Source: Octopus sinensis (Eukaryota). From it: a stretch of 64,000 bases of DNA. The notes below the pieces were generated by a model. The model was not told where the DNA came from. It ran no database searches and saw only the letters and a list, made by a program, of their open reading frames with translations. The translations under genes and the position numbers were made by a program. Location of the stretch: NCBI RefSeq assembly GCF_006345805.1, contig NC_043013.1, forward strand, positions 41,726,001 through 41,790,000, written 5' to 3'. Shown piece by piece: positions 1-12,724 of the stretch. Each line of letters opens with the position of its first letter. Position 1 is the first letter of the stretch.

Positions 1-50
1 GTTCGATCAAAAGGATCGTAAAAGGAGAGAAAGAGGACAAAAAAAAAGGG

Positions 51-89
<39 letters not shown>

Positions 90-96
90 GGAGAGG

Positions 97-130
<34 letters not shown>

Positions 131-1004
131 ATCAATAGGGATCGTTATCACAGAAATGTCAATATGAAGTGTAAAGGGGAGGACAGGTGAGTTTACCCGT
201 GGAAAGAAAAGCCTACGGAAAAGACCACGGTAACCTCGGTCAATGAAGTCACATTTTATATTTCTTTTTTTTTTTTTTTTTTTTTTTTGCAAATAAGTAA
301 CTCTCTGTTTTCGATTTCTGGGTTCATAGGACTATGCTCAAGGTGGCTTCGTCATTCATACGTGCCATTCTTGCAACATTCACCCATCTTTTTTTAAAAC
401 ATTCGCTAGACAAAACTTGCCTCTCTACTCTCACTTTCCTTTTCAAGTGGTACTTGAAGAAGTTGATGAGAGATGACCAGAGAGGAAAGTGTTTGTCTCC
501 AATCCTTTCAGACGCGTCCACCAGATACATTCTTTCGCCATAGCCACAAGGATGATGAAAATAGCTCTTCCTTCCCGTTTGAAGGAAGGAGGCGTGACAA
601 TATTGACGATAGACTCAGCTGATAAACCGACTCGTCCCACACGTGACAGCAGTTGTTCGACATAAGCCCACAGGTCGGAAATTGTTGGACACTGAACGAG
701 TGCGTGCAGAACGGTTTCGTCGCTCTGACCGCATCTCGGGCAGGTCGGCCCCGTGTTTCTCGAGCCGTGTCTGTAGAGCTTATCCCGAACGGGTAGCGCT
801 TCTCGGTAGCACTGCCAGGCCAGGGATCTCTGGAAGTTGTCCATGGGCCCTGGCCCGAAAGTCGTCCCGAACAGGCGGGTCAGGTACTCCTCGTCGACGT
901 CCAGGTTCGCCCCGAGCTCGTCGTCGTACCTCCCCTCCACTAAAACCCCTATAGAATGCTTGGTTGTGTTGAAGTCACTTAGGTCGACCCAGGACGGCAG
1001 AAAG
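1..1004 (-). mobile_element. Tx1/L1-clade non-LTR retrotransposon, 5'-truncated 3' portion (ORF2 C-terminus with zf-RVT-like domain plus 3' UTR); 3' end runs off the window
   Basis: ORF 443-940 reads WQCYREALPVRDKLYRHG...CPRCGQSDETVLHALVQCPTISDLW, the zinc-binding motif at the end of L1/Tx1 ORF2. It continues after a frameshift into ORF 324-530 (stop at 324). The 3' UTR (1-320) matches 7141-7516 and 8175-8478. Confidence 0.88.
324..1004 (-). pseudogene. Frameshifted ORF2 C-terminal fragment of the Tx1/L1 element
   Basis: The frame is open from ~1004 (FLPSWVDLSDFNTTKAFYRGLVEGRYDDELG...) to one frameshift near 480, then ...RKVRVERQVLSSECFKKRW...SIVL*. Confidence 0.8.
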
Positions 1005-1367
1005 GTGACTTCAACACAACCAAAGCATTCTATAGGGGTTTAGTGGAGGGGAGGTACGACGACGAGCTCGGGGCGAACCTGGACGTCGACGAGGAGTACC
1101 TGACCCGCCTGTTCGGGACGACTTTCGGGCCAGGGCCCATGGACAACTTCCAGAGATCCCTGGCCTGGCAGTGCTACCGAGAAGCGCTACCGTCGGGATA
1201 AGCTCTACAGACACGGCTCGAGAAACACGGGGCCGACCTGCCCGAGATGCGGTCAGAGCGACGACGAAACCGTTCTGCACGCACTCGTTCAGTGTCCAAC
1301 AATTTCCGACTGTGGGCTTATGTCGAACAACTGCTGTCACGTGTGGACGAGTCGGTTTATCAGCTGA
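615..1367. repeat. Near-perfect fold-back inverted repeat, arms 615-978 and 1005-1367, 26-nt loop
   Basis: 1005-1367 is the reverse complement of 615-978 except for a few 1-nt indels. The loop is ttaggtcgacccaggacggcagaaag. Confidence 0.95.
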
Positions 1368-1507
<140 letters not shown>

Positions 1508-2625
1508 CATCTTTGGAAGAGGTGCACAATTATGTAACAGAAATACAAAAGTGTAATGAGCTCAATACAAGTTTATAGGGTTGATTATGAATTTATTTTC
1601 AGCTAGAAATACGCAGGCTGCCGCTATTAGCTTCACGTTTTATCGATTTTCAAGCAATCAATTTTAATAAATGAGACAACTTTGTATTAATACGGTATAA
1701 ACTACAAAAACCGTTGAGTAAGCACGTTAACAATACAAAACTATTTGATGTGTTTCGAACGTTATTGTATAACACTATCTGTCGTCTGCTCGTTTGTCTT
1801 TTTGTTATATGATGAACGACAAACAAATAACGAATTTTAATTCATTTTTTTTTCTAAAGAACTATTTTTTTAGAACGTCGATGAATATGTTAAGCGAATA
1901 TACCGCTTTTAGTCGTTAACTAATTCAATTTTTTTTTAATAAATATTTTGAATTATGACGACAAGATATCAATTCTGAACTTTTGTTCAAAACAGAACAT
2001 TTATAAAACATTATATTTATTTTCCCTTGGCGTCAAAGATCGTAAACATTGTGGCATGTTTAAGAAATTTGACATGTTGTTATATATGATGTAATATATT
2101 ATGGAAATTTTTCCCCTTAACTTTACTAATTCTCAAAGATAGTATGAGCTGGTATCCAAAGATCTTTCTAGACTTCAGTAAGAATATTGATGCTGATTAA
2201 ATCCAGCTTTAAATTTTTTTCAGTGAAATCTAATATACTCTTTGGATGCCGAGTTATCAGCTGCAGATATTGATGCACAGTAAACTATCGATTACGAAGG
2301 ATATTTAATGGAAAAGTAACTGGGTTAAAAGAATTGCATGAACTTTGAGAACTGGTTCTTTTATATATTAACTTTCCAGCTATTTGACTGAGGCAAAGTT
2401 GCCGCGCTGCTTAGACGTGTGTTGTCCATCAAATAGAAGTCAGTACGAATAGTCTATTAAAAAAAAACCTGGTATGTATTCTATCAGTGTTTTTTGGTTT
2501 TTTTTTGTGAAGCAGCTAAATTACGGAACGTAAACTAACCGACACTGGTTATCAAGCTGTGGACGTCGGCACACGCACACATACCTATTCAATATATTCG
2601 CACACACAAGTAAAAGAGTAAATAT

Positions 2626-2676
<51 letters not shown>

Positions 2677-2682
2677 TATATA

Positions 2683-2882
2683 CTCTTTTACTTGTTTCAG
2701 TCATTTGACTGCAGCCATGCTGGAGCACCGCCTTTAGTCGAGCAAATCGACCACGGGACTTATCTTTGTAAGCCCAGTACTTATTCTATCGGTCTCATTT
2801 GCCGAACCGCTAAGTGACGGGGACGTAAACACACCTGCATCGGTTGTCAAGCAATGCTAGGGGGAGAAACACAGACACACAA

Positions 2883-2930
<48 letters not shown>

Positions 2931-3091
2931 GACAGGCTTCTTTCAGTTTCTGTCTACCAAATCCACTCACAAGGCATTGATCGGCCCGGGGCTATAGCAG
3001 AAGACACTTGCCCAAGATGCCACGCAGTGGGACTGAACCCGGAACCATGTGGCTGGTTAGCAGGCTACTTACCACACAGCCACTCCTGCGC
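2683..3091 (-). mobile_element. tRNA-derived composite SINE (family A: tRNA head, CORE-like block, internal microsatellite, AAGTAAAAGAG tail)
   Basis: Reverse strand has an A/B-box-like head (GTGGCTGTGTGGTAAG...GGTTCAGTCCC) and CORE-like CTTGGGCAAGTGTCTT. Near-identical copies lie at 24185-24588 and 53735-54153. Confidence 0.85.
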
Positions 3092-3236
3092 CTAGCGGTT
3101 CGGCAAAAGAGACCGATAGAATAAGTACTGGGCTTACAAAGAATAAGTCCCAGGATCGATTTGCTCGACTAAAGGCGGTGCTCCAGCATGGCCGCAGTCA
3201 AATGACTGAAACAAGTAAAAGAGTAAAAGAGTAAAA
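3092..3236 (+). mobile_element. 3' fragment of family A SINE joined head-to-head to the preceding copy
   Basis: Reverse complement of ~2683-2815, ending in AAGTAAAAGAGTAAAAGAGTAAAA followed by (TA)n. Confidence 0.85.
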
Positions 3237-3239
3237 AAG

Positions 3240-3272
<33 letters not shown>

Positions 3273-3294
3273 CATGTATGCATATATATATATG

Positions 3295-3325
<31 letters not shown>

Positions 3326-3332
<7 letters not shown>

Positions 3333-4104
3333 AATGAATGTTTTTATATATAATGAACGTGAAATACAGGAAGGGACGAACACGGAACACAGACAAATCA
3401 TTCGAAGCCTTCAATCTTCAGTCAGACACCGAATCATCATAGCAAATTTCGGCTGTTCAATTCTGATATTTGCTCCAACTCGGCCAGCCCCAAGAAAAAA
3501 AACTAAGCTGTAAGCATTAGATTTCTTGGTAGAAGACAGGAATGTGAACGCACAAGACGGATGTGAATACAAGAGACGAAAACGAAATTGAAAACAGTAA
3601 TGAAAAAACAAAATATATATAACGGTGGTTGTCATACGACTTTAGACCAAATGAGACAAAACAACAAAACATAGCAGCTGGCGTAGAAATAATTACCGTT
3701 TCGGTAGCGGGGACACATGTTGGTCGAGATACGAAGGCCAACAGAATGGTTGAAGAAGCAGCAGGTCGCAGGAGAGAGAGAAAGAGAGACAGAGAGAGAG
3801 GGAATCAAAGAGGGTGGAAGGCAGGGGACAGAATCAGTGACCAAGAGAGAAGGAGAAAGAAGGGATTAAGGAGGATGGGAGGAAGAGAGGGGAAGAATCG
3901 GAGGGCGCCAAAAAGTTTGGTGAAGAAGCAATGGCGGGTAGTAAAAGACAGTGTGTATAGAAGTCGTGCAGGGTTTAAAATTGGACAAACAAACGGGGGG
4001 GTGCACGTAACGCCGCAATAATATAAGAATGAATGTTTTTATATAAATGAACGTGAAATACAGGAAGGGACGAACACGGAACACAGACAAATCATTCGAA
4101 GCCT
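3326..4104. mobile_element. (TA)n-flanked ~780-bp unit with ~84-bp terminal direct repeats; Penelope-like or retrozyme-like non-autonomous element
   Basis: atataagaatgaatg...cattcgaagcct occurs at 3326-3410 and 4021-4104, and both outer flanks are (TA)n. The class assignment is inferred from architecture only. Confidence 0.5.
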
Positions 4105-4121
4105 ATATATATATATATACA

Positions 4122-4228
<107 letters not shown>

Positions 4229-5324
4229 TATATATATTAATTTAGAGATAGTAGGCCCCTACATCTCACCATATAAAAATAATTTTTATTTTAAATACCT
4301 ACTGTTTTATTACTTGGCAACACGTGTTTCATGAGGTACATCCTCCGGTTCCTAAACCACTCCGTGTTTTCCTGGAACCCTTCTTAAAATGTAACCCCAA
4401 TCATCAGGCCCTTATATCGCTTTATCAACGTTCATTGCAACAAACTATATTTTAATTTTTTAAAGCCCTTAATTATGTGCAAAATAGGTATATTTAAATT
4501 AGGTTCGCTGGACCCTACAGTACAAGCCATAATTCAGATAAAAATTCAAATAAAAAGTTACAAAAATAAAAGTAACAAAAATAAAGTAAAGAATAGAAAA
4601 GCTAAAAGAATATACAAAAATTTACAAAAACTGAAAGAAGCGTCTGTGAGTGTGTGTGCATGTGTGTATGTTTGTGTGTCTGTGTTTGTCCCCCCACCAT
4701 CGCTTGACAACAGATGTTGGTATGTTTACGTCCCCGTAACTTAGCGGTCCGGCAAAAGAAACCGATAGAATAAGTCCTGGGCTCGATTTGTTTGACTAAA
4801 GGCGGTGCTCAAGCATGGCCACAGTCAAATGTCTGAAACAAGTAAAAGAATACACCCACACACACACACCAGCCTTTATTCAGTTTTCATCTATAAAATT
4901 CAATCACATGGACTGGTCGGCCTGGGGCAATAGTAGAAGACACCCAAGATGATACCCACCGAAACTGAACCCGAAACCATATGACTGCAAAGCAAGCTTC
5001 TTACCACATAGCCATGCCTGCCACTGTAGTTATTTCCATTGTCAAACCATCTTGGTTCTAACATTTCATCGTAGTAAATAGCAACTAAGCTGACAGGGGA
5101 GATCTGTACGAATATTTTCGCTAAAATATTAATTACAGCAGACGTGTGATTTGAGTTGAGTGTCTCTATTGTAACGCGAGTATTTATTTTAACATTTAAT
5201 ATCATTTTAAGATGCTATGCCCAAGAAATTTATTATATTTGTTTCAATTGTAATTCTTGGGTTTACGTTTTCAAATGATTAATCTTTTTTTTTATTTTAT
5301 GATTGTTGACCTCTCATGTAGACT

Positions 5325-6195
5325 TAGGCGTAGCTGAGTGGTAAGAAGCTTGCTTCCCAGGGCAGCGAGCTGGCAGGGTCGTTAGCACGCCGGGCGAAAT
5401 GCTAAGCGGTATTTCGTCTGCCGCTACGTTCTCAGCACAAATTCCGCCGAGGTCGACTTTGCCTTTCATCCTTTCGGGGTCGATTAAATAAGTACCAGTT
5501 ACGCACTGGGGTCGATATAATCGACTTAATCCGTTTGTCTGTCCTTGTTTGTCCTCTCTGTGTTTAGCCCCTTGTGGGTAGTAAAGAAATAGGTATTTCG
5601 TCTGTCTTCGCGTTCTGAGTTCAAATTCTGTTGAGGTTGACTTTGTCTTTCATCCTTTCTGGGTCGATGAAATAAGTACCAGTTACGCATTGGGGTCGAT
5701 ATGATCGACTAGTCCCCTTCCCCCAAAATTTTCAAGGCCTTGTGCCTAGAGTAGAAATAATTTGAAAGAAGCTTGCTTCCCAACCACATAGTTCCGGGTT
5801 CAGTCCCACTGCGTAGCACTTTGGCCAAGTGTCTCCTACTGTAGTCCCGTGCCGTCCAAAGCTTTGTGAGTGTATTTCGAAGACGGAAACTGAAAGAAGC
5901 ACCTTATATATGATGTATGTGAGCGTGCGTGTGTGAGTGCCTGTGTGCATGTGTGCATGCGTACGTGTATGTATGTGTGTATTTATGCGTACGTGTGTGT
6001 GTTTGTCGCAACCACACTTTGACAACCGGTGTTGATGTGTTTACGTCCCCCGTAACTTAGCGGTCCGATAAAACTGACCGACAGAATAAGTCCTAGGATT
6101 CAAAAAGAAATAAGTTCTGGGGTCGATCCATTCGACTAAAAATTCATCAAGGCAGTGCCCCAGCATGGCCGCAGCCTAATAATTGAAGCAAATAA
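5325..6195 (+). mobile_element. Family A SINE interrupted in its head by a dimeric family B SINE (5360-5765) with a 17-bp TSD
   Basis: aagaagcttgcttccca is duplicated at 5343-5359 and 5766-5782. The insert begins with a tRNA-like head GGCAGCGAGCTGGCAG. Confidence 0.85.
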
Positions 6196-6933
6196 AATAT
6201 AAAGCATAATGGATATTCACGTTTTGTGCAATGTTTACATCACAACATAAATATAGACCGCAAGTGAGATTATTCAATTTATTATTCACCAAATAGAAAC
6301 CATATCGATCAATGGTCACACAAACTTCCTTGGAATTCAAGCTAACCATTGCTACGTCGAAAGAGTTAACATAATCTTCTTTATCCTTAATGCGTTAAAG
6401 AAAGACAGTAGTGATTTACTTAAATGTTTGATTATTTTCGTATCTAAATCAGAAATTGAGAGCTAATTTTTGGCATAATTTAATGCTTTTTGGAGCAAAG
6501 GTTTCATTATAAAATTTAATAATATCAAGACGAAAAAATTTATAAGTAATTGTTCATTGTTTGTATTAATGAACCAATAAATAACAGAAATTATAATTTT
6601 CCAGCGCTGTAAATGGTTTTATGTTTGTTTTGGATTTTGGGTTGCTTTTTCTTTGTAATTTCAAATATAATTTTGTCTCTTTTACTCAGTATACTTCATT
6701 CACTTTTAGCTTTTTGGGGATTTAACATGGATTATTGTGGCAGTTATGTCTGTGGACCTTAAGTGTAATGTAAGATTTGTTTTGATCCGAGCAGCTAGCC
6801 GTGTCGATCTAAAACTAAGATCTCAATCAGTGTTTGTGAAGGCTGGGACATCTAGGAATGAAAAGCGGTGCGAATTGAGCAAGACCGTAACAAAAAAAGA
6901 AGAATTACGTGAATACAAACATATCGCTAGTTG

Positions 6934-6934
<1 letters not shown>

Positions 6935-7015
<81 letters not shown>

Positions 7016-7030
7016 TAGATAGATAGATAG

Positions 7031-7084
<54 letters not shown>

Positions 7085-7140
7085 GATAGATAGATAGAAA
7101 GTTTAATAAATAGATAGATAAATAGTTAGTTAGATAGATA
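6935..7140 (+). repeat. (GATA)n microsatellite; (TATC)n tail of the adjacent Tx1 fragment
   Basis: Direct reading. Confidence 0.95.
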
Positions 7141-7516
7141 TGTTTCTTTATTAGCCACACAGGGCTGCACACAGATAGAACAAATTACAAGGTAGAGCTT
7201 TTCTTTTGAAGGTTTAAAAAAAAAAGAAAAAAAAAGAAAAGAAAAAAGGAAGGGGGAGTTTCGATCAAAAGGGATCGTAAAAGGAGAGAAAGAGGACAAA
7301 AAAAAGGGGGGTTAAAAAAAAAAGGGGGAGAGGAAAAAAAAAAAATTTGATCAATAGGGATCGTTATCACAGAAATGTCAATATGAAGTGTAAAGGGGAG
7401 GACAGGTGAGGTTTACCCGTGGAAAGAAAAGCCTACGGAAAAGACCACGGTAACCTCGGTCAATGGAGTCACATGCTATATTTCTTTTTTTTTTTTTTGC
7501 AAATAAGCAACTCTCT
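7141..7516 (-). mobile_element. Tx1/L1 3' UTR fragment (same family as 1-1004)
   Basis: Matches 1-305. The sense strand ends ...GTGTGGCTAATAAAGAAACA followed by (TATC)n, and the 5' junction is followed by ATAGATAGA. Confidence 0.88.
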
Positions 7517-8112
7517 ATAGATAGACTTTCATCTGTGGGGAGCTTGTATAAGTCAGTTTAATATACACTGTTCTAAATTGATGTGATTGAATGATTTTTA
7601 AGTATTAGTAATATCATTTTATCAGCTATTATTATAATGATAGTTTAATTTCATATAAAATCTACTTGTTTGACAGATGCTTGGGTCTGTAATCACGTGT
7701 TGAAACACGTGGTCCGCAGACAATGACTCTTTTTCTAAATGGTTAGCAACCATTTGACGATTTAGAAACATTAAAAAACATTTTGCTCGTATCAAACTTT
7801 CGACACTTTTCCGTCGTCTGGCCTCTGACTCAGTTCCACTACGAAATTTTGGGGCACTTCATGATAGAGCGTACTGTTAGGAGATAATGGCTCTCAAATG
7901 TGATTGTATTGTATGTATACTTGTATACATACTTATGAGTACAGATGTATATGTAGATATATAATATGTAGAAGTACATATGCATGTACGTAGATAGACA
8001 GATTGACAGACGGACAAACAAGCAGACAGACAGACAGACAGAGAAAGGCAGGCAGGCAGATAAACAGATAGAGAGAGAGACAGACAGACAGATAGACAGG
8101 CAGACAGATAGG

Positions 8113-8174
<62 letters not shown>

Positions 8175-8478
8175 TGTTTCTTTATTAGCCACACAGGGCT
8201 GCACACAGATAGAACAAATTACAAGGTAGAGCTTTTCTTTTGAAGGTAAAAAAAAGGGGGGGTCGATCAAAAGGGATCGTAAAAGGAGAGAAAGAGGACA
8301 AAAAAGGGGGGGTTAAAAAAAAGGGGGAGAGGAAAAAAATTGATCAATAGGGATCGTTATCACAGAAATGTCAATATGAAGTGTAAAGGGGAGGACAGGT
8401 GAGGTTTACCCGTGGAAAGAAAAGCCTACGGAAAAGACCACGGTAACCTCGGTCAATGAAGTCACATGTTATATTTCT
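8175..8478 (-). mobile_element. Third Tx1/L1 3' UTR fragment
   Basis: Same sequence as 7141-7480, preceded by (GACA/GATA)n at ~7990-8174. Confidence 0.88.
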
Positions 8479-9593
8479 TTCTTTTATTTTTTTTTGCCTT
8501 GCATTGTAGATATGTTGGGAAAAAGTAGATGAGTACATAATGGTGGGAAGAGTAATTTGTGAACCAGGCCCTGCATTTTACAACATCTGTTATGCGCATG
8601 CATATCGACAACTCTGCCAGCTTTTAGACACACTATATAGATACCGGCTGCACACTGCACTACCAGGTGCACTTCAGAAAATTGGCTGGAATTTGAAGAC
8701 ATCGAGTGTATTATACATTTCGATTCCGTTCTGGAAATGTCGGGCGCAATTGAGAATGTCGATTGTCCTGAATGAAGCTTGTGGTTGTATTTAATATTTT
8801 TGGCTGCATTTGATGTCATTAGCTCTGCTTGAAAATGTTGGCTCTAATTGGTGTTATTGGCAGCACTTGATGTTTATAAGCTACACCTCGACTTATTGGC
8901 TGTTGTTTTAGTGCCATGCACGCTTTGTGAACTTAAGTGCACACAGTAACTGCAGCCTAGAATACTCTGGTCTGTTTGTATTCTCTATAAAGCAGTGCTT
9001 CCTAATGTGGGCGGTCACTCCGCGTCAAGAGCTTAGTCACCTTCCAAGGAGGCGGAATGTATTATGGCGGCGCTGGGCCTTTAAAGGAGTCAGGATTTTC
9101 ATTTATATTTAAACAAGTTATAATATGACCATTTTTAATAAATTATTCTTATGTTCCAGCTGTTTCCGATTTAAATATGGATATTCGCTCATGTGTTCGT
9201 TACAACGATTGTGTTCATAACACTTAACACATTCGATTGATTAATGCAAAGGATCTGGGGTCAGTAGCGTTTCGGCATGTTGTGTCCCATCAGACAGAAA
9301 TACTCGGATTAAGGAATCTTACAAGATTTGATAGCCTTGTTTATAATTTCAGAGAAGACTTTCTTCGCTGGTCCATGCTGATATTTGCCAACGTTTATCA
9401 CAGAATCCCTTGCCCTATTGAATCGAGTATGTTATAAATACACTGTTGTCGTAAAAGAGAAGCTGATTTCTTGTGACGTACACAACAGCGATTAGCATAT
9501 TAACGTTCGAAGATGACAAAAATGTATTAAGAATTAATACACAAGTCATCTTTTCGATTCACAGCGCAAATAATAATTTCATATGTTTCAAAG

Positions 9594-10168
9594 CGGCAAG
9601 CTAGCAGAAACGTTAGCACGCCGGGCGTAATGCTTAGCGGTATTTTGTCTGTCGCTACGTTCTGAGTTCAAATTCCGCCGAGGTCGACTTTGCCTTTAAT
9701 CCTTTCGGGGTCGATAAATTAAGTGCCAGTTACGCACTGGGGTCGATGTAATCGACTTAATCCGTTTGTCTGTCCTTGTTTGTCCTCTCTGTGTTTAGCC
9801 CCTTGTGGGTAGTAAAGAAATAGGTATTTCGTCTGTCTTTACGTTATGAGTTTAAATTCCGCCGAGGTCGATTTTGCCTTTCATCCTTTCGGGGTCGATA
9901 TATTAAGTACCAGTTACGCACTGGGGTCGATGTAATCGACTTAATCCGTTTGTCTGTCCTTGTTTGTCCTCTCTGTGTTTAGCCCCTTGTGGGTAGTAAA
10001 GAAATGGGTATTTCGTCTGTCTTTACGTTCTGAGTTTAAATTCCGCCGAGGTCGATTTTGCCTTTCATCCTTTCGGGGTCGATATATTAAGTATCAGTTG
10101 CGTACTGGGGTCGATGTAATTGACTGGCCTCCTCCCCCAAAATTTCTGGCCTTGTACATAGAGTAAAA
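9594..10168 (+). mobile_element. Family B tRNA-derived SINE, trimeric (184-bp internal unit)
   Basis: Head GCGGCAAGCTAGCAGAAACGTTAGCACG. The junction AAAGAAAT(A/G)GGTATTTCG recurs at ~9821 and ~10005. Each unit has GTCGACTTTGCCTTTCATCCTTTCGGGGTCGAT, which resembles the Meta SINE domain (from memory, unverified). Confidence 0.85.
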
Positions 10169-10462
10169 AAGAATATCCGTTTTCTAGAAACATTGTCAAA
10201 ATTAAAATAGGATTGACATTATGTTATCGCTGAGTAGAAATACCATCCATAATGCAACAAGTTCTAATATAATTTCATTAATATAACAACACACTTTCTT
10301 TAAGAAATTTCCATAAAATTTTAATACATGCATCATTAATCCCCTAAAAGACACACAAGCTGGACGGATATTATAAAGAAATATAGGTTAGCAAAATTCG
10401 AACAAAATTAACATTAATCATGCTTTTATTATTTATTTTTATTTTTTATTTCGTTGTGTGTT

Positions 10463-10502
<40 letters not shown>

Positions 10503-10829
10503 TGTGTGTGTTGGTTTTCTCTTCTTTTATTTTCTAGTTTGCAAACAATATGCGGGAAGCACAATAAAATGCCATTCGATAAGCGGAGCACTGAATTACA
10601 AATAGTAGAAAATCAATGCTATGGAATAAAGCGGATATACATTTTAACATCCTGGTTATTTATAGTTGAGTACCCTGTTACATCTATAGGGTACTCTATC
10701 ATCTCCAGTCTTCCTTACCGTGTCGGGTATATCTTCTGACTCCCAGGAATAGTATTTGGTGTTATTTGGTATACTCTATTCTCCCAATGGTATCCTATGA
10801 TACTTACTTTACACTACAATCTCACATTT

Positions 10830-11091
10830 GTGGAGGCGCGTGGCTTAGTGGTTAGGGTGTCAGCACCATGATCGTAAGATTGTGGTTTCGATTCCTGGAC
10901 CGAGCGACGCGTTGTATTCTTGAGCAAAACACTTCATTTCACGTTGCTCCAGTCCACTCAGCTTTCAAAAATGAGTAACGCTGCGATGGACTGGCGTCCC
11001 GTCCAGCTGGGGAGCACATACGCCATAGAAACCGGGAAACCGGGCCCATGAACCTGGCTAGGTTTTAAAAGGGTGCATTTATTTATTTTAT
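10830..11091 (+). mobile_element. tRNA-derived SINE (family C, CORE-like plus V-like block) with 15-bp TSD
   Basis: A box GTGGCTTAGTGG and B box GGTTTCGATTCC, (ATTT)n tail, TSD tacaatctcacattt at 10815-10829 and 11092-11106. Confidence 0.9.
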
Positions 11092-11816
11092 TACAATCTC
11101 ACATTTACTTTGTATTTCCGATAAATCAACCCCAATGAAAACAGTGAGATCTAACTTCGTGGTACTAGGTGTCCTTGTTTGTATCAACGGTCCCCTGCGG
11201 AGTACGCTGCGCAATTCTAGTATGGTTGCAGATGCGTATAATTTCTTAAGTAATCTTTTGATGTCTAGTGTACTTAGTGCTGTTTGCTGTGAGCTATTTT
11301 GTGAGCTTTCTCCTCTGATGGTTAACTGTGCTTTGTAGAGCATCGTGTCGTGTACACTTTGATATTTGACATGCTTCTGTCGTTATTACTCCTTTGAACT
11401 TCTGCACTTAATGGTAAAATTAACATTAATTTCAACCTATAATTTAGTTAACGCTCACCGTCTAATAACATAGTAAGTGTAATTTAGAGCTGTAACGATG
11501 GAGATACAGAGATAGATTGATAGAGTGAAGGAGAGAGAGATGGACAGACAGATCTCCACAGAGAGAGAGAGAGGGAGAGAGAGGGAGAAAGTGAAACAGA
11601 GAGAAAGTGAGAGAGAGAGAAATGAGGAAGAGCAGGAGGATAGAGAGACACAGTTCACGCACAAATACGAAAACACAAACACACACATATCTATGTATGT
11701 GTATATGTGTGTTGTGTTGCCTATGTGTGTGTGTGCGCGCGCGCTTGTGTGTGCGTGAGTGCCTGTGTGCGTGCGTGTTAGTGTGTGTGTTCGTGTATGC
11801 GCGTGTGTGTGTGTAC

Positions 11817-11854
<38 letters not shown>

Positions 11855-11985
11855 ATACAAAGAGAGACAGAAACAGAGTGAATGTGCAGAAATATAAAGA
11901 GATAGACAGTTAAAGCTATATGCGTATATGTTCGGTATGTATATATATGTATGTGTATATATGTATATATGTATGTGCATGTATG

Positions 11986-12018
<33 letters not shown>

Positions 12019-12052
12019 ATATATATATATGTATGTATGTAATATGTATGTG

Positions 12053-12092
<40 letters not shown>

Positions 12093-12173
12093 CACATATA
12101 TATATTAATATATACATATATGTATATGTGTATATATATACATATATATGTGTGTGTGTGTGTGTTATGTATG

Positions 12174-12223
<50 letters not shown>

Positions 12224-12625
12224 GAATGAAACTGTTTCAGGTAGAAAAGAGAGAGGGGGAGAGAAACTGACAGACATAGGCAGAAAGAGACAGACAGACA
12301 GACAGACAGAATGGGAATCTGAAATCATTTCGTCTCTAGTGAAAGATTCTGTTTAATAGCACAGTAGGGTACTTCGCAAGATGGTTTATGACATTCTACA
12401 TCGACCCGCCACCCACTGAAGATAAACTCTATTTCTAATAACACTGTTAGTAATGGATTTGGCATCTTGTCAGAGAGGATAACCGTTTTACTTAAATAGC
12501 TTAATTTAGAATATGGCGATTTATATATATATATAAATACAAAGGCAAACACGTATAAACATATATACATAAGTATGTATATATGTATGTAATATATATA
12601 TATATATAATATATATATATATATA

Positions 12626-12679
<54 letters not shown>

Positions 12680-12724
12680 GCTGTATATGTAACTGTTATA
12701 TATATATATATATATATATATATT

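Noticed and set aside
979-1004. Fold-back loop as a leftover sequencing hairpin adapter
   Set aside because: The loop is in-frame LINE coding sequence. A chimeric read is still not fully excluded.
9351-9424. Candidate 74-nt exon (tttcag|AGAAGAC...ATCGA|gtatgt)
   Set aside because: The splice signals are plausible, but the open frame (EDFLRWSMLIFANVYHRIPCPIES) matches nothing I recognise and no partner exons were found.
9594-10168. Regularly spaced 184-bp repeats as a CRISPR-like or satellite array
   Set aside because: There are no unique spacers, and the units are parts of a tRNA-derived SINE.
10830-10900. tRNA genes
   Set aside because: A/B-box sequences are SINE heads followed by SINE bodies, and no complete cloverleaf is evident.
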